DNA from: Bradymonadia bacterium
Lineage (GTDB): Bacteria > Myxococcota_A > Bradymonadia > UBA7976 > UBA1532
DNA length: 64,000 nucleotides
Reading direction: 5' to 3'
Assembly (NCBI GenBank): GCA_046290225.1
Contig: JBKAGE010000071.1
Location: 64,001 to 128,000, forward strand
The position numbers and the translations under genes are program-made. This document shows, in pieces, positions 30,637 to 40,190 of the stretch. Numbering within the stretch: position 1 is the first letter of the stretch; each line of letters opens with the position of its first letter. A model generated the notes under the pieces. That model had not been told where the DNA came from. It was given only the letters and a program-made list of their open reading frames with translations, and searched no databases.

Positions 30637-31449
30637 TCAGCGACGACGACGGCGGTCGCGGCGATGGGCGCGGCGCACGGGGCGCTTGCCGCGACGGTGG
30701 GGTTTGTAGGCCGCCCGGCGAGGCCGGTACACCCGGCGGGGGGCCGCACGAGGCCGGTAGATGCGCTGGGGCGGCACCCGGCGATGGCGACGCCAGCGGG
30801 GGCGACGGGGGTGACGGCGGGGCAGGACCACGCTCAACCCGATGCCCACGGCGGCGGCTGCTGCGGCGCGGTCGGCCCGTCGCTCGGCGCGGCGGGCACT
30901 GGCCTCGGCCTCGGCGGCCCGATCTTCGGCCTCGTCGGCTCGGGCCTCGGCCCAGGCTGCGTCGGACTCGGCCTCAGCTGCCCGGCGTGCGGCCTCGTCG
31001 GCGCTGGCCTCGGCTTCGGCGGCCCGGTTCTCCGCGATGTCCGCGTCTACCTCAGCGGCGTTGGCCTCTGCCTCGGCGCGGCGGGCGTCCCGGTTGGCAC
31101 GGCGGTCGGCCCGCCGTGACTCGCGATCGGCCTGGGCCATGCCTGAGTCGGCGTTGCGGTTGCGGCGACGGCGGCCACCGTTGTCCAACTCGTCCTCGGC
31201 GTCGCGGGCCCGCCGTCGGATGTCGTCTCGGCGTCGATCGCGTCGCGCCTCTTCGCGGTGGCTGTCGTCGAGATCACCCACGTCGTCGGGGTGAGGGGCC
31301 TCGAAGTCATCCTCGGCGGCGATGTTGATCTCCTCGTCGAGATCGTCTCCTTCCCAGCCGCGGCGGTTGTTGTCGGCAGAGGCCACCGCCGGCACCAGCC
31401 ACAAGGCCAGCAAGGCGAGGCTCGAAGTGAGCAGAGTGAAGCGCTTCAT
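30637..31449 (-). CDS. Secreted low-complexity protein: acidic N-terminus, Ala/Glu coiled coil, Arg-rich tail
   Basis: Signal peptide MKRFTLLTSSLALLALWLVPAVASA; GAGGAG RBS; RAAEAEA repeats. Confidence 0.7.
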   Translation of the reverse strand: MKRFTLLTSSLALLALWLVPAVASADNNRRGWEGDDLDEEINIAAEDDFEAPHPDDVGDLDDSHREEARRDRRRDDIRRRARDAEDELDNGGRRRRNRNADSGMAQADRESRRADRRANRDARRAEAEANAAEVDADIAENRAAEAEASADEAARRAAEAESDAAWAEARADEAEDRAAEAEASARRAERRADRAAAAAAVGIGLSVVLPRRHPRRPRWRRHRRVPPQRIYRPRAAPRRVYRPRRAAYKPHRRGKRPVRRAHRRDRRRRR

Positions 31450-31524
31450 TGTAATTCTCCTCGGTATCGGGTGTATGTGAAGACTGCGCACAGTGTGAAT
31501 GACAGTGACTCTCTATCGTGTCTC

Positions 31525-32442
31525 TTAGAAGTAACAGACACCGTCTGCTGCACATGCCCAGCCAGCGGGGCAGTGCGCGTCGTAGTCACAGGCCATGGCG
31601 TCGTAGCAGAGACCATCGCCTCCACAGATCGATCCCCCAGGGCAGTCGGCGTCGTAAGCGCAGTAGTACACGCTCGCGTCGGTGTGGCAGGCGCCGTCGG
31701 CGGCGCAGAGCTCACCGACACCACACTCCCAGTCGGCCCGGCAGCTGGGCAGCGCCTCACAGAGGCCATCGGCCCGGCAGAAGTCGCCGGCGTTGCAGTC
31801 ATAGTCGGTCAGGCAACCGGGGATCTCTTCACACAGGCCATCACCGCGACAGAAGTAACCCGGGGCGCACTCACGGTCGGACACACAGCCCGGCGGGGGC
31901 GGCGGGGGCGGCGGCACCTCTTCACAGAGACCATCGGCCCGACACAGGAAGCCCGCGGCACAGTCGGCGTTGCTGCGACAGCCGGGGACAGGAGCGCACT
32001 GGTACTGACTGTCACAGTAAGCGCCCACGCCACAGTCAACGTCGCTCACGCACTGGGGCATCAACATGCAGGCCCCACGGTCACAGAACTCTCCGACGGC
32101 GCACTCGCGGTCCACGGTGCAGGCCCGGGGATCCAGGCAGCGGCCCCAACCGTCGCAGATGCTGTTGGGGGCACACTCGTCGTCGAAGTCACAACCAGCG
32201 ACGGGGTAGCAGAGCTGATCGTCGCCGCAGTATTCGTCTGCGAGACACTCGGTATCGAGGAGGCAGCCGTCGACGACCGGTGGTCGCCCCTGACCTGGAG
32301 GTGGGGTGCCTGGATCATAGCTGTGAATCTCACACCCGGCGAGGGCGAGGCCTGACAACAACAGTGCGCCGAGGCTGGTCATGAGGCGGCGGCTGCGGGA
32401 AGTACGAACAGGGGTAGGGCTCACGGTGTTGTCGTGCTGCAT
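31525..32442 (-). CDS. Cysteine-rich repeat lipoprotein (10 four-Cys modules)
   Basis: Lipobox LAGC; ten C-x2-D-x-[DE]-C-x5-C-x4/5-C type modules. Alternative start at 32382. Confidence 0.85.
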   Translation of the reverse strand: MQHDNTVSPTPVRTSRSRRLMTSLGALLLSGLALAGCEIHSYDPGTPPPGQGRPPVVDGCLLDTECLADEYCGDDQLCYPVAGCDFDDECAPNSICDGWGRCLDPRACTVDRECAVGEFCDRGACMLMPQCVSDVDCGVGAYCDSQYQCAPVPGCRSNADCAAGFLCRADGLCEEVPPPPPPPPGCVSDRECAPGYFCRGDGLCEEIPGCLTDYDCNAGDFCRADGLCEALPSCRADWECGVGELCAADGACHTDASVYYCAYDADCPGGSICGGDGLCYDAMACDYDAHCPAGWACAADGVCYF

Positions 32443-32801
32443 GAGTCATCTCCGAGAAATCGAGTAAGTGTAAAACTGTTTGCTGTGTGCTCGTGCGGTC
32501 TGACGGGGCCTCTCGGGTGCTATTCGTAGACCATTTTAAAGTTGTGTCGTTTTGTTGTTATGTTGTTGAAATTGTTTTGAAAGTAAGATCTGTGTGGCGT
32601 CGCTGAAATCAAGGAAAACGTGCCCTGTATTCACAGCTGAGAAATAGAGTCACAGATGGTGTGCCCAAAGGGCCCGTTTAGAACTGTTTGCATGTGTTGA
32701 AATGTAGGTTGCTCGTCGAGGGCACCTGTCGGTGCGATCACCCCTGCTCCTGTGGCACTCTCCTGATCGACATCGGTCCCGTACCGAGCTGGAGATGCCC
32801 C

Positions 32802-35800
32802 ATGGCCCACCCCCTCATTCGAGCCCTCGTGATCCTCGGGCTCACCCTCACCCTCGCTGGCTGTCCTCCCAGTGGGGATCCACCGCCCTTCACCGGGGAG
32901 GCGATCGGCGACGCCGAGGTCGAGGGCGACAGCGAAGCGCCGAGGCCCGACGACCGCTGCGCCGACACTGACGGTGATGGCCGGGTCGCCGTAGGCGGCT
33001 GCGATTTACCCCCTGGCGATTGTGATCCTGATGATCCCCGCCGAGCCGTAGGGCTCGAAGAGCGCTGTGATGGTGTGGACAACGACTGCGACGAGCGGGT
33101 GGATGAAGCGGACCCCATGGCAGAGGCGCCATGCGCGGTAGAGGGTGGTGTGGGGCCATGTGCTGAGGGGATTTTCAGCTGCAACGATGGCCAGCTCGAA
33201 TGCGTGCTGCTGATCAGCCCGAGTCTCGAGTCGTGCAATGGCGAGGATGACGACTGCGACGGCACCATCGACGAAGAGATAGAAGGCGACGGAGACCGAT
33301 GCGACGCAGAGGGGGAGGGCATCTGCGCAGAAGGCGTTCGTCAGTGTGAATCGGGTGCGTGGCGGTGTACGGCGCGGGCGCCAGAGGAAGAGCGGTGCAA
33401 TGGCGTGGATGACGACTGCGATGGCCGCACTGACGAAGAAGATCCGCAGCTCGAGGCGCCATGCGAGGGCCCGCTGCCTGGTCGATGCCGGCCAGGTGCT
33501 CAGCAGTGTGTAGACGGCAACCTGCGCTGTCAGGCCTTCGAGGATCGCCGCCCGGAGCTGTGCAATGGCGAGGATGATGATTGTGACGGCCTCACCGACG
33601 AGCGCTTCGCCACCCTCGGCGAAGTGTGCACAGTGGGGGTGGGGCGGTGCGCTCAGGCAGGGCTGCTGATCTGTGATGCTGAGGGTGATGGTGTCCGGTG
33701 TGATGCTGTAGCCGGAGATCCGCGGGCAGAGGTGTGTGACGGCGTCGATGACGACTGTGATGGCCTCACGGACGAGAGCGCAGGCGGCATGCCCCTTCAG
33801 GCAACCTGCTACACCGCCGCACCCGAAACCCAGGGGGTCGGTGTCTGTGCTGCGGGGGTCCGCGTATGTCAGGCAGGGGCCTTGGGGACGTGTGTCTCCG
33901 AGACCACCCCCAGCGATGAAGCCTGTGATGCGTTGGACAACGACTGCGACGGCACGACCGACGAGGGGTTCGACCTCGGCAGCCCCTGCACACTCGGTTT
34001 GGGGCGCTGCGCCCGTGATGGTGTTCTGAGATGCAGCCCTGAAGGGGGCGTGCGGTGCATCGGCGAAGTGGGCCAGCCCCGTGTCGAGCAATGTGATGGT
34101 TTCGATGACGACTGTGATGGCGCCGTCGATGAAGGCTTCCCCACGTTGGGCCAGCCCTGCGCCGAGGGTGAAGGTGTGTGCCGCCAGCTCGGGGTGGTGG
34201 TGTGTGTGGGTGAGGGGCAGGAGACGCGCTGCAGCGCCGAGGCCGGCGAGCCTGTGGATGAAGTGTGCGACGGCCTCGACAACGACTGTGATGGCCGCAT
34301 CGACAACGGCGCGTTGTGCCCTTCGTCTCCGGTGAGCGTCCTGACGCAATGGCAGCTCAGCGATGTTGGCTGTGCTGACTTCGACGGTGACGGGGCAGGG
34401 GACAACGCGCTCTCGGTCTTCGCCGTGGCTGCCCAGCCCCTCGTGGAGCAGGCGCTGACTTCAGCGACGATGGGGGTGCTGCTCACCACAGAAGGCCTCG
34501 ACGCTGAGGGTGCTGATGCCCTGGCTTTCGTGACCGCTACGGGTGATCCTCCGCAGCGACTCTTCGAAGGCTACACACCCGCTGCTGTACCCGTATCGAG
34601 CTGGCCCTCGGCGAGCACGAGCCCTGATGGGGCACTCCTGGTCGACGCCGAGCATGTGCAGATCCCATCGCCTCTGTTCTTCGCGCCCCATCAGGTGGGG
34701 CTCGAGGCCCTCAACGATGTCCGTGGGCTGTGGCTGCGAGGTGCGCAGCTTTCCGTGAACCTTGTCGAGGCAGAGGGCGGGGGCCTCCTGGCTCGGGATG
34801 GGGTAATCACAGGCGCTGTGGATCATCAGCAACTGGTCACTGGTTGGCGCCGAGCTGCCTCCGTGTGCGCCCTGACACTCTCACCACCGGCAGCATGTGA
34901 CATCTTTGCTGCGTGGTCGGTAGATGCTGTGCAGGCCCTGGTGCCTGACGTCGATGTCGATGGTGATGGCACACCAGAGTCGTTGAGTGTGTGCGTATCC
35001 TTCACTGGTGACCCGAGCCCCGATGTGGTCCTGCCGCCTGAGGGGGGACAGGCCTGCATCGCAGACGATGACTGCCTCGCGGGCTTGTCGTGCCGTCTAT
35101 TGCCAGGTGAGTCAGCGGATACATTCGATGTGGGGTGTGGGCTCGCGGGTGCGGGTGCAGGTGGAGATGGGGAGCCGTGCATCACCCATGACGATTGCGC
35201 CCACGGGCTGTGCCTGGAAGGCGGGCCGTGGGGGGCCCGATGTGCCTCGGCGTGTGCAGAGGCACCCTGCCCTCAGGGGCTCGCCTGTCGGGGTATGGAG
35301 AGTGGCTTTGGCGAAGGGGATCTGTGTGTGGCGGCCCCAGGCGACGGGCGCCCGTGCGCGGTGGACGACGACTGCAACCTGGGGCAGCTGTGCACCCGCT
35401 GGCGGGTGCCTGGCGAGCCTGGACTCACAGGCCGGTGTCAGCAGCCAGGCGCAGGTGCAGCGGAGGGCGACCGATGTGTTCGAGGGGCCGACTGCCGACG
35501 GGGTGGTCTGAGCTGTGTGGGTGAGCTCGGGGCAGAGCGGTGTGCCGCGCCCTGTGTCACCTCAAGCGACTGCGCGCCGGGCCTCTGGTGCGCCGAGGTG
35601 GCCCATACACCAGGGGCTCAGGCCGGCCCCCGAGTCGCCGGAGCATGCGTGCCTGTGCCCGAGGGTCTGGGCACAGGGTTGCCATGTGTGGGGGAAGCCG
35701 ACTGTCCTGGCGGAGAGACATGTATGCCTCGCCGAATTGGCGGCGCCATCGATCCTGTGTGTCAGGCGGGTGTGGGCTTCGGCTCTGCGAGTCAGCTCTG

Positions 35801-37859
35801 CGCCGACGACGATGACTGTGCGTCATCAGATTGCGTGGGTGGGCGCTGCGGAGGCTATTGCCAGGATTCTGCAGGCTGTGGGCCCCGGCTGGGCTGTCGA
35901 GCGGACGCTTTTACCGACGAGGTGGGCGTGCTCGGTGGGCGGTGTGACGTACCCTCGGCGTTGTGCGTTCAAGATGCAGACTGCGGGGCTGACCCGCTCT
36001 GTCAGGGCGCGCTGTGTGTGTGCGACCTCGGCGTGTGCCGACTCGGATGTCGGTACCCCGGGGGCATCTGCGCGCCAGGGCTGAGCTGTCAGGCCGATGG
36101 TGGTTGCGATGTGCCCTGCGCCGATGACCGGTTCGAACCCGATGATGAGCGTGGGCAAGGTCACGCCATCACCCTGAGCCGCAGCGAGCCGGTACAGGTC
36201 AGCCGTCATCGCCTGTGCGCTGGAGCGCCTGTCGATCATGTACAGGTCGACACCCTGGGCCAGCCGTTCGAATTGCGTGTCTTCATCGATCCGCTCGGGC
36301 ACACCCTCGACGATCAGGTGGCGATCCGCGGCAGCCTGATCAACAGCGCGGGCGATCTCGTCGAAGAGGGGATCGTCGTCGATGGCCAGATGATCTTCTC
36401 TGTTGCTGATGCCGAGGTGGCCGCTCAATACACCGAGCCGGTCACTGTGCAGCTGACCGGCTCTGCCCTCGGCGCCGGGGTGATGTGGCGCCTGGAGGGC
36501 GAGGTGTTCTTCGACGCGTGTCCTGAAGACGAGCCTGACGAGCCTCGGGATGACAGCTGGCACTGGCAACAGCTGCTCTTGCAGCCGGGCCTCACCACTG
36601 AAGAGACCGTGACGGGGCATCTGTGCCCCGGAGACGCAGACTGGTACGCGGTCTCACTCGGTAACGGAGACACGCTCACTCTGGCACGACGCTGGACCGG
36701 GGATGGCTTCGGTGGCGTGCCGCCCGAAGATCCGCCAGCCATCACCGTGGAGATCTGGGGGCCCGATTTCCCCGAGGCCAGCGGCGTCAGAGTGATCACC
36801 CTCGAGCGAGATGATCCGGGGCCGCTGGTCTTCGAGCCACCACCAAAGGTGTGCAACGAACGCCTGCTGCAATGTGAGCACACGGGCCTGGCCCAGACCG
36901 ATGAGCTCTGCTTCGCCGACACTGACTGTGTGGCCTCGGGCTGGTTCGTGCGGATTGTGGGGGGCACACCGCAGGTGAACGCCCCGTACACCTTCGACAT
37001 CGGGGTGGTCCGAGCCACTGATCTGGCCTGTGTGCCCGACGTCTTCGAAAACGACCGCTCGATTCTGCCCAACGTGAGGCCCATGGCGGGGACGGATCCT
37101 CGCGTGATCGACCTTTCAGGGCAGTTCCCCAGCATCGTCCCGGAGCGAGATGTGACCTTCGATCGTTTCCGAGCCTGTGGCGAGGACTGGGATCTGATCT
37201 CTCTGGGCCTCGAGGCTGGAGAGGGGCTGCGGGGCGATGTGCGCCAGCCCTCACCTCCAGCGCGTCAGCTCGATGTCGAGGTGATCCACGGTCCGACGCA
37301 GGAGCCTCTTCAGGCGAGCACAGCGCAGCAAGAGACGATCGCCCTGGAGGTGCCTGTTGTAGAAGAGGCCACGGCATATCTCTTCGCGGCCCGCCTGTCA
37401 GAGGGCGTACCTCAGGAGACGCCGTTCCCCCTGAGCTTCACAGTGCGTCGTCTGCGCCCTGGATTCTCACCTGACGAAGGCTGCGTGGCGCCTACGCCTC
37501 TGATCCCTGGCGTGGGGGTGCCCCGGCGGGTGGTGGTGGCCGGCTGCAGGCTCGGTACGCTGCACGACAGCGGTCCCTACGGCTGCATCGGCGGTGACGG
37601 TCCTGATCGTGTCTACAGCTTCCCCGTACCCGGGCCAGGGCGAGTGGAGGTTGCGGTGACACCCGTGGGAGACGATCAGCCTGTGGTCTATCTACGAGAC
37701 AACTGCGACGCGCCGAGCAGTGAGCTTGCTTGCGGTGAGTGGGCTGATGGGGTGGCTCAAGCGTCCACGGCCGTGAACGCTGAAGGGGAGATCTACATCT
37801 TCGTGGACGGCGGTCCGGGGGGCGGTGACTTCACCCTGGAGGCGGTGTGGTCGCCGTGA
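32802..37859 (+). CDS. Very large Cys-rich surface lipoprotein (MopE-related metal-binding repeats, C-x2-D-x-DC repeats, PPC-like domains)
   Basis: Lipobox LAGC after ATG 32802; eight E-x-C-[DN]-x-x-D-[DN]-DCD repeats; about nine CxxDxDC-type modules; C-terminal repeats with LCPGDADWY and GPDRVYSF. Confidence 0.88.
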   Translation: MAHPLIRALVILGLTLTLAGCPPSGDPPPFTGEAIGDAEVEGDSEAPRPDDRCADTDGDGRVAVGGCDLPPGDCDPDDPRRAVGLEERCDGVDNDCDERVDEADPMAEAPCAVEGGVGPCAEGIFSCNDGQLECVLLISPSLESCNGEDDDCDGTIDEEIEGDGDRCDAEGEGICAEGVRQCESGAWRCTARAPEEERCNGVDDDCDGRTDEEDPQLEAPCEGPLPGRCRPGAQQCVDGNLRCQAFEDRRPELCNGEDDDCDGLTDERFATLGEVCTVGVGRCAQAGLLICDAEGDGVRCDAVAGDPRAEVCDGVDDDCDGLTDESAGGMPLQATCYTAAPETQGVGVCAAGVRVCQAGALGTCVSETTPSDEACDALDNDCDGTTDEGFDLGSPCTLGLGRCARDGVLRCSPEGGVRCIGEVGQPRVEQCDGFDDDCDGAVDEGFPTLGQPCAEGEGVCRQLGVVVCVGEGQETRCSAEAGEPVDEVCDGLDNDCDGRIDNGALCPSSPVSVLTQWQLSDVGCADFDGDGAGDNALSVFAVAAQPLVEQALTSATMGVLLTTEGLDAEGADALAFVTATGDPPQRLFEGYTPAAVPVSSWPSASTSPDGALLVDAEHVQIPSPLFFAPHQVGLEALNDVRGLWLRGAQLSVNLVEAEGGGLLARDGVITGAVDHQQLVTGWRRAASVCALTLSPPAACDIFAAWSVDAVQALVPDVDVDGDGTPESLSVCVSFTGDPSPDVVLPPEGGQACIADDDCLAGLSCRLLPGESADTFDVGCGLAGAGAGGDGEPCITHDDCAHGLCLEGGPWGARCASACAEAPCPQGLACRGMESGFGEGDLCVAAPGDGRPCAVDDDCNLGQLCTRWRVPGEPGLTGRCQQPGAGAAEGDRCVRGADCRRGGLSCVGELGAERCAAPCVTSSDCAPGLWCAEVAHTPGAQAGPRVAGACVPVPEGLGTGLPCVGEADCPGGETCMPRRIGGAIDPVCQAGVGFGSASQLCADDDDCASSDCVGGRCGGYCQDSAGCGPRLGCRADAFTDEVGVLGGRCDVPSALCVQDADCGADPLCQGALCVCDLGVCRLGCRYPGGICAPGLSCQADGGCDVPCADDRFEPDDERGQGHAITLSRSEPVQVSRHRLCAGAPVDHVQVDTLGQPFELRVFIDPLGHTLDDQVAIRGSLINSAGDLVEEGIVVDGQMIFSVADAEVAAQYTEPVTVQLTGSALGAGVMWRLEGEVFFDACPEDEPDEPRDDSWHWQQLLLQPGLTTEETVTGHLCPGDADWYAVSLGNGDTLTLARRWTGDGFGGVPPEDPPAITVEIWGPDFPEASGVRVITLERDDPGPLVFEPPPKVCNERLLQCEHTGLAQTDELCFADTDCVASGWFVRIVGGTPQVNAPYTFDIGVVRATDLACVPDVFENDRSILPNVRPMAGTDPRVIDLSGQFPSIVPERDVTFDRFRACGEDWDLISLGLEAGEGLRGDVRQPSPPARQLDVEVIHGPTQEPLQASTAQQETIALEVPVVEEATAYLFAARLSEGVPQETPFPLSFTVRRLRPGFSPDEGCVAPTPLIPGVGVPRRVVVAGCRLGTLHDSGPYGCIGGDGPDRVYSFPVPGPGRVEVAVTPVGDDQPVVYLRDNCDAPSSELACGEWADGVAQASTAVNAEGEIYIFVDGGPGGGDFTLEAVWSP

Positions 37860-37868
37860 GCAGTGCGC

Positions 37869-38321
37869 TCACTCGTCGGGCGTGAGAAGCAGGCTGCCCC
37901 GATAGCGCTCGCACCCTGCCTGGAAGCCCACGAGGGCGAGGTACCACTGGCCATCTTCTGCCTGCTGAATCAGTACGTCACAGCTGGCGCAGCGATATTG
38001 ATCTTCACACTGACCACCCCCAACGGCTTCGTCGGCGACGAGGTTGCAGCGATCCGTACGCCCTTCCTCGTCGATCACCGTGGCCAGCTCGCCGTCTTCG
38101 ATGGTGTAGCTGTAGTTCACCACCCGGCCGAAGATGGGGATCTCTCCTCTGAGGCTGCCCTCAGGCCCGAGATCGTCCAGAGGACAGTCGAGATCGATGG
38201 CCCCGTTGTTGTTGGGGCCATTGCCGCCGCTGTTGCTGTTGTCGGGGGTGGCTTCACACCCGAAGGCGAGCCCTGCTGAGAGGGCCAGGGCGGCGAAGTG
38301 GTACACGGAAGAGACGCTCAT
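37869..38321 (-). CDS. Small Cys-containing lipoprotein
   Basis: MSVSSVYHFAALALSAGLAFGC lipobox. Confidence 0.65.
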   Translation of the reverse strand: MSVSSVYHFAALALSAGLAFGCEATPDNSNSGGNGPNNNGAIDLDCPLDDLGPEGSLRGEIPIFGRVVNYSYTIEDGELATVIDEEGRTDRCNLVADEAVGGGQCEDQYRCASCDVLIQQAEDGQWYLALVGFQAGCERYRGSLLLTPDE

Positions 38322-38411
38322 GGCGCCCGATGATACAGAAACCCGCCGGAGCAGGATATCCTGCCTCGCAGAACGTGCAGGGGCCCGACGGGAGCGGGCA
38401 GGGAGTACGAG

Positions 38412-40163
38412 ATGAGCAGAAGATGGGCGGTGGCCTGCTGGGCCTGGATATCCCTGGTGGGGTGTGGCGGCGGGCAGAAGCCCACCATGACCATGCCCGA
38501 CACCCCCAAGGCGCCGAAGGTGGTGAAAGAGACCTTCACTTCGAAGGCCGATCTGGCAGCCATCGTTCAAAAACCTCCAACGCCGATCAAATGGTCAGAG
38601 GCAGACACCGCTGCGAAGCCGTGGACCCTCACGGGGCCGTTTCCCGAGGGTCGAGAGGGCGCAGCCCTGGATCCGGTCGATGCTGTGAGCGCTCACTTGT
38701 CGAAGGCCCAGGCGGTGGCCACGGGCCAGTCGAGCATCACCGCCTCGATGACCTGCGCCGCCCGGGAGGTGGCTCGATACATCGCACAGCAGGGCCAGCC
38801 GCCCGCATCCAGCGTGGAGCGGTTCATCGCTGGGCGTTGTGGATCACCAGAGACCCGACTCACTCTGCGCTGGGCGAAGGGACGCGCCGATGAAGGCAGC
38901 ACCGACGAGGCCATCCTCGAGCAATGGAGCACGAGCCTGAAGGGCTTCGTCGAGCAGACGCCAGAGGGTCAGGCCGTGGGCATGTCCCTGGCGCGGGCGG
39001 GTGATCAGGCGGCCCTCGTGTGGGTGGGCCGTCGCCGGCGCGTGAAGTTCTACCGGGTCGACAACACCCCCAACGACAAGGGGGAGGTGGTGGTGCAGGG
39101 GGAGAGTTTCGCTGGAGACGGCGCTCTCTCCGCCGCGGTGAACCATGGGCAGTACGAGAGCGCGCTGTGTACGACAGAGGTCACGGGCAAGCGCTTCAAG
39201 CTGGTCTGCCCGGTGCGCAAAACAGACGCCTCCACCTGGATCTCGCTGCACCATACGCCTACGGGGCGATTGCTCGGCACCACCCTCGGCGAGGCCCTCA
39301 TCTGGCCTCAGGGGGGCCCCCAGGACACGTACACCCCTGCGCCGAGCGTGCCGAGCGCCAACCTCGAGCGCATCGGTGATCTCGGTGAGGCGTTCACGGT
39401 GACGGTGAACCGGCTCCGAGAGGCGGCAGGGCGCCCGCCTCTGACCCTCGATGGTGAGCAGAGCGCCGTGAGTCAGAAGAGCGTGGGGCATTTCTTCGCA
39501 GCTTCCGGATCCTCTGATGGCGCAGAGGCTGATCGGATCGCCCTGGGGCTGATGGCGGGCTGGTCGGTGGCCGGCAACGTGCGCAGCGGTCGGTTTCGCT
39601 CAGAGCGCTCGTCGAGCAATGATCTCAGCAGGACGATGTCGGCCCTCCTCGAGCGCCCCTGGGGTCGGCGGATGTTGCTCGACACAGAGGCTGCCCGCAT
39701 CGCCGTGGGCGGTGAAAAGTCCCCCGACGGCAAAGGCTTCGTCGCGCTGATCACCACATATCAGGTGATGGAGGAAGCCGAGAATGCCGAAGGGCAGTTG
39801 CAGGCGGTGACCGATCGCATCACCGAGCTGCGAGGTGGGGCGCCAGTGAGGCGGCTCACCGCCCTCGAGGCCCTGGTGCCCAAGCTGGGCGAGCACATCA
39901 CCCTCGGGCTCAACACCCCTAAGGGGGCGATGTACGATCTCATGGACGCCGCCCGAAAACACCTCGACACCGGGGTGCAAGCGTGGCGCTGGGAGGGCGG
40001 TGATTTGAGCCAGATGCCTTTGCCAGCGCAGCTCAAACAAAAAGCAGGCACACTGTCCGTGGCGGTGGTGGTGAGCCGCTACCGCCCTGCCGGAAGCCCC
40101 TGGCATCGGTATGTGGTGCTGTTGGCGTGGCCCGACGGCAGGTTGCAGACAGCGGCGCGCTGA
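38412..40163 (+). CDS. Lipoprotein with degenerate CAP(SCP)-like domain(s)
   Basis: Lipobox LVGC; VNRLREAAGRPPLTLD and LLERPWGRRMLLD resemble CAP-domain segments. Confidence 0.65.
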   Translation: MSRRWAVACWAWISLVGCGGGQKPTMTMPDTPKAPKVVKETFTSKADLAAIVQKPPTPIKWSEADTAAKPWTLTGPFPEGREGAALDPVDAVSAHLSKAQAVATGQSSITASMTCAAREVARYIAQQGQPPASSVERFIAGRCGSPETRLTLRWAKGRADEGSTDEAILEQWSTSLKGFVEQTPEGQAVGMSLARAGDQAALVWVGRRRRVKFYRVDNTPNDKGEVVVQGESFAGDGALSAAVNHGQYESALCTTEVTGKRFKLVCPVRKTDASTWISLHHTPTGRLLGTTLGEALIWPQGGPQDTYTPAPSVPSANLERIGDLGEAFTVTVNRLREAAGRPPLTLDGEQSAVSQKSVGHFFAASGSSDGAEADRIALGLMAGWSVAGNVRSGRFRSERSSSNDLSRTMSALLERPWGRRMLLDTEAARIAVGGEKSPDGKGFVALITTYQVMEEAENAEGQLQAVTDRITELRGGAPVRRLTALEALVPKLGEHITLGLNTPKGAMYDLMDAARKHLDTGVQAWRWEGGDLSQMPLPAQLKQKAGTLSVAVVVSRYRPAGSPWHRYVVLLAWPDGRLQTAAR

Positions 40164-40190
40164 CGCTGCGCTTTCGAACACAGGAGCACG

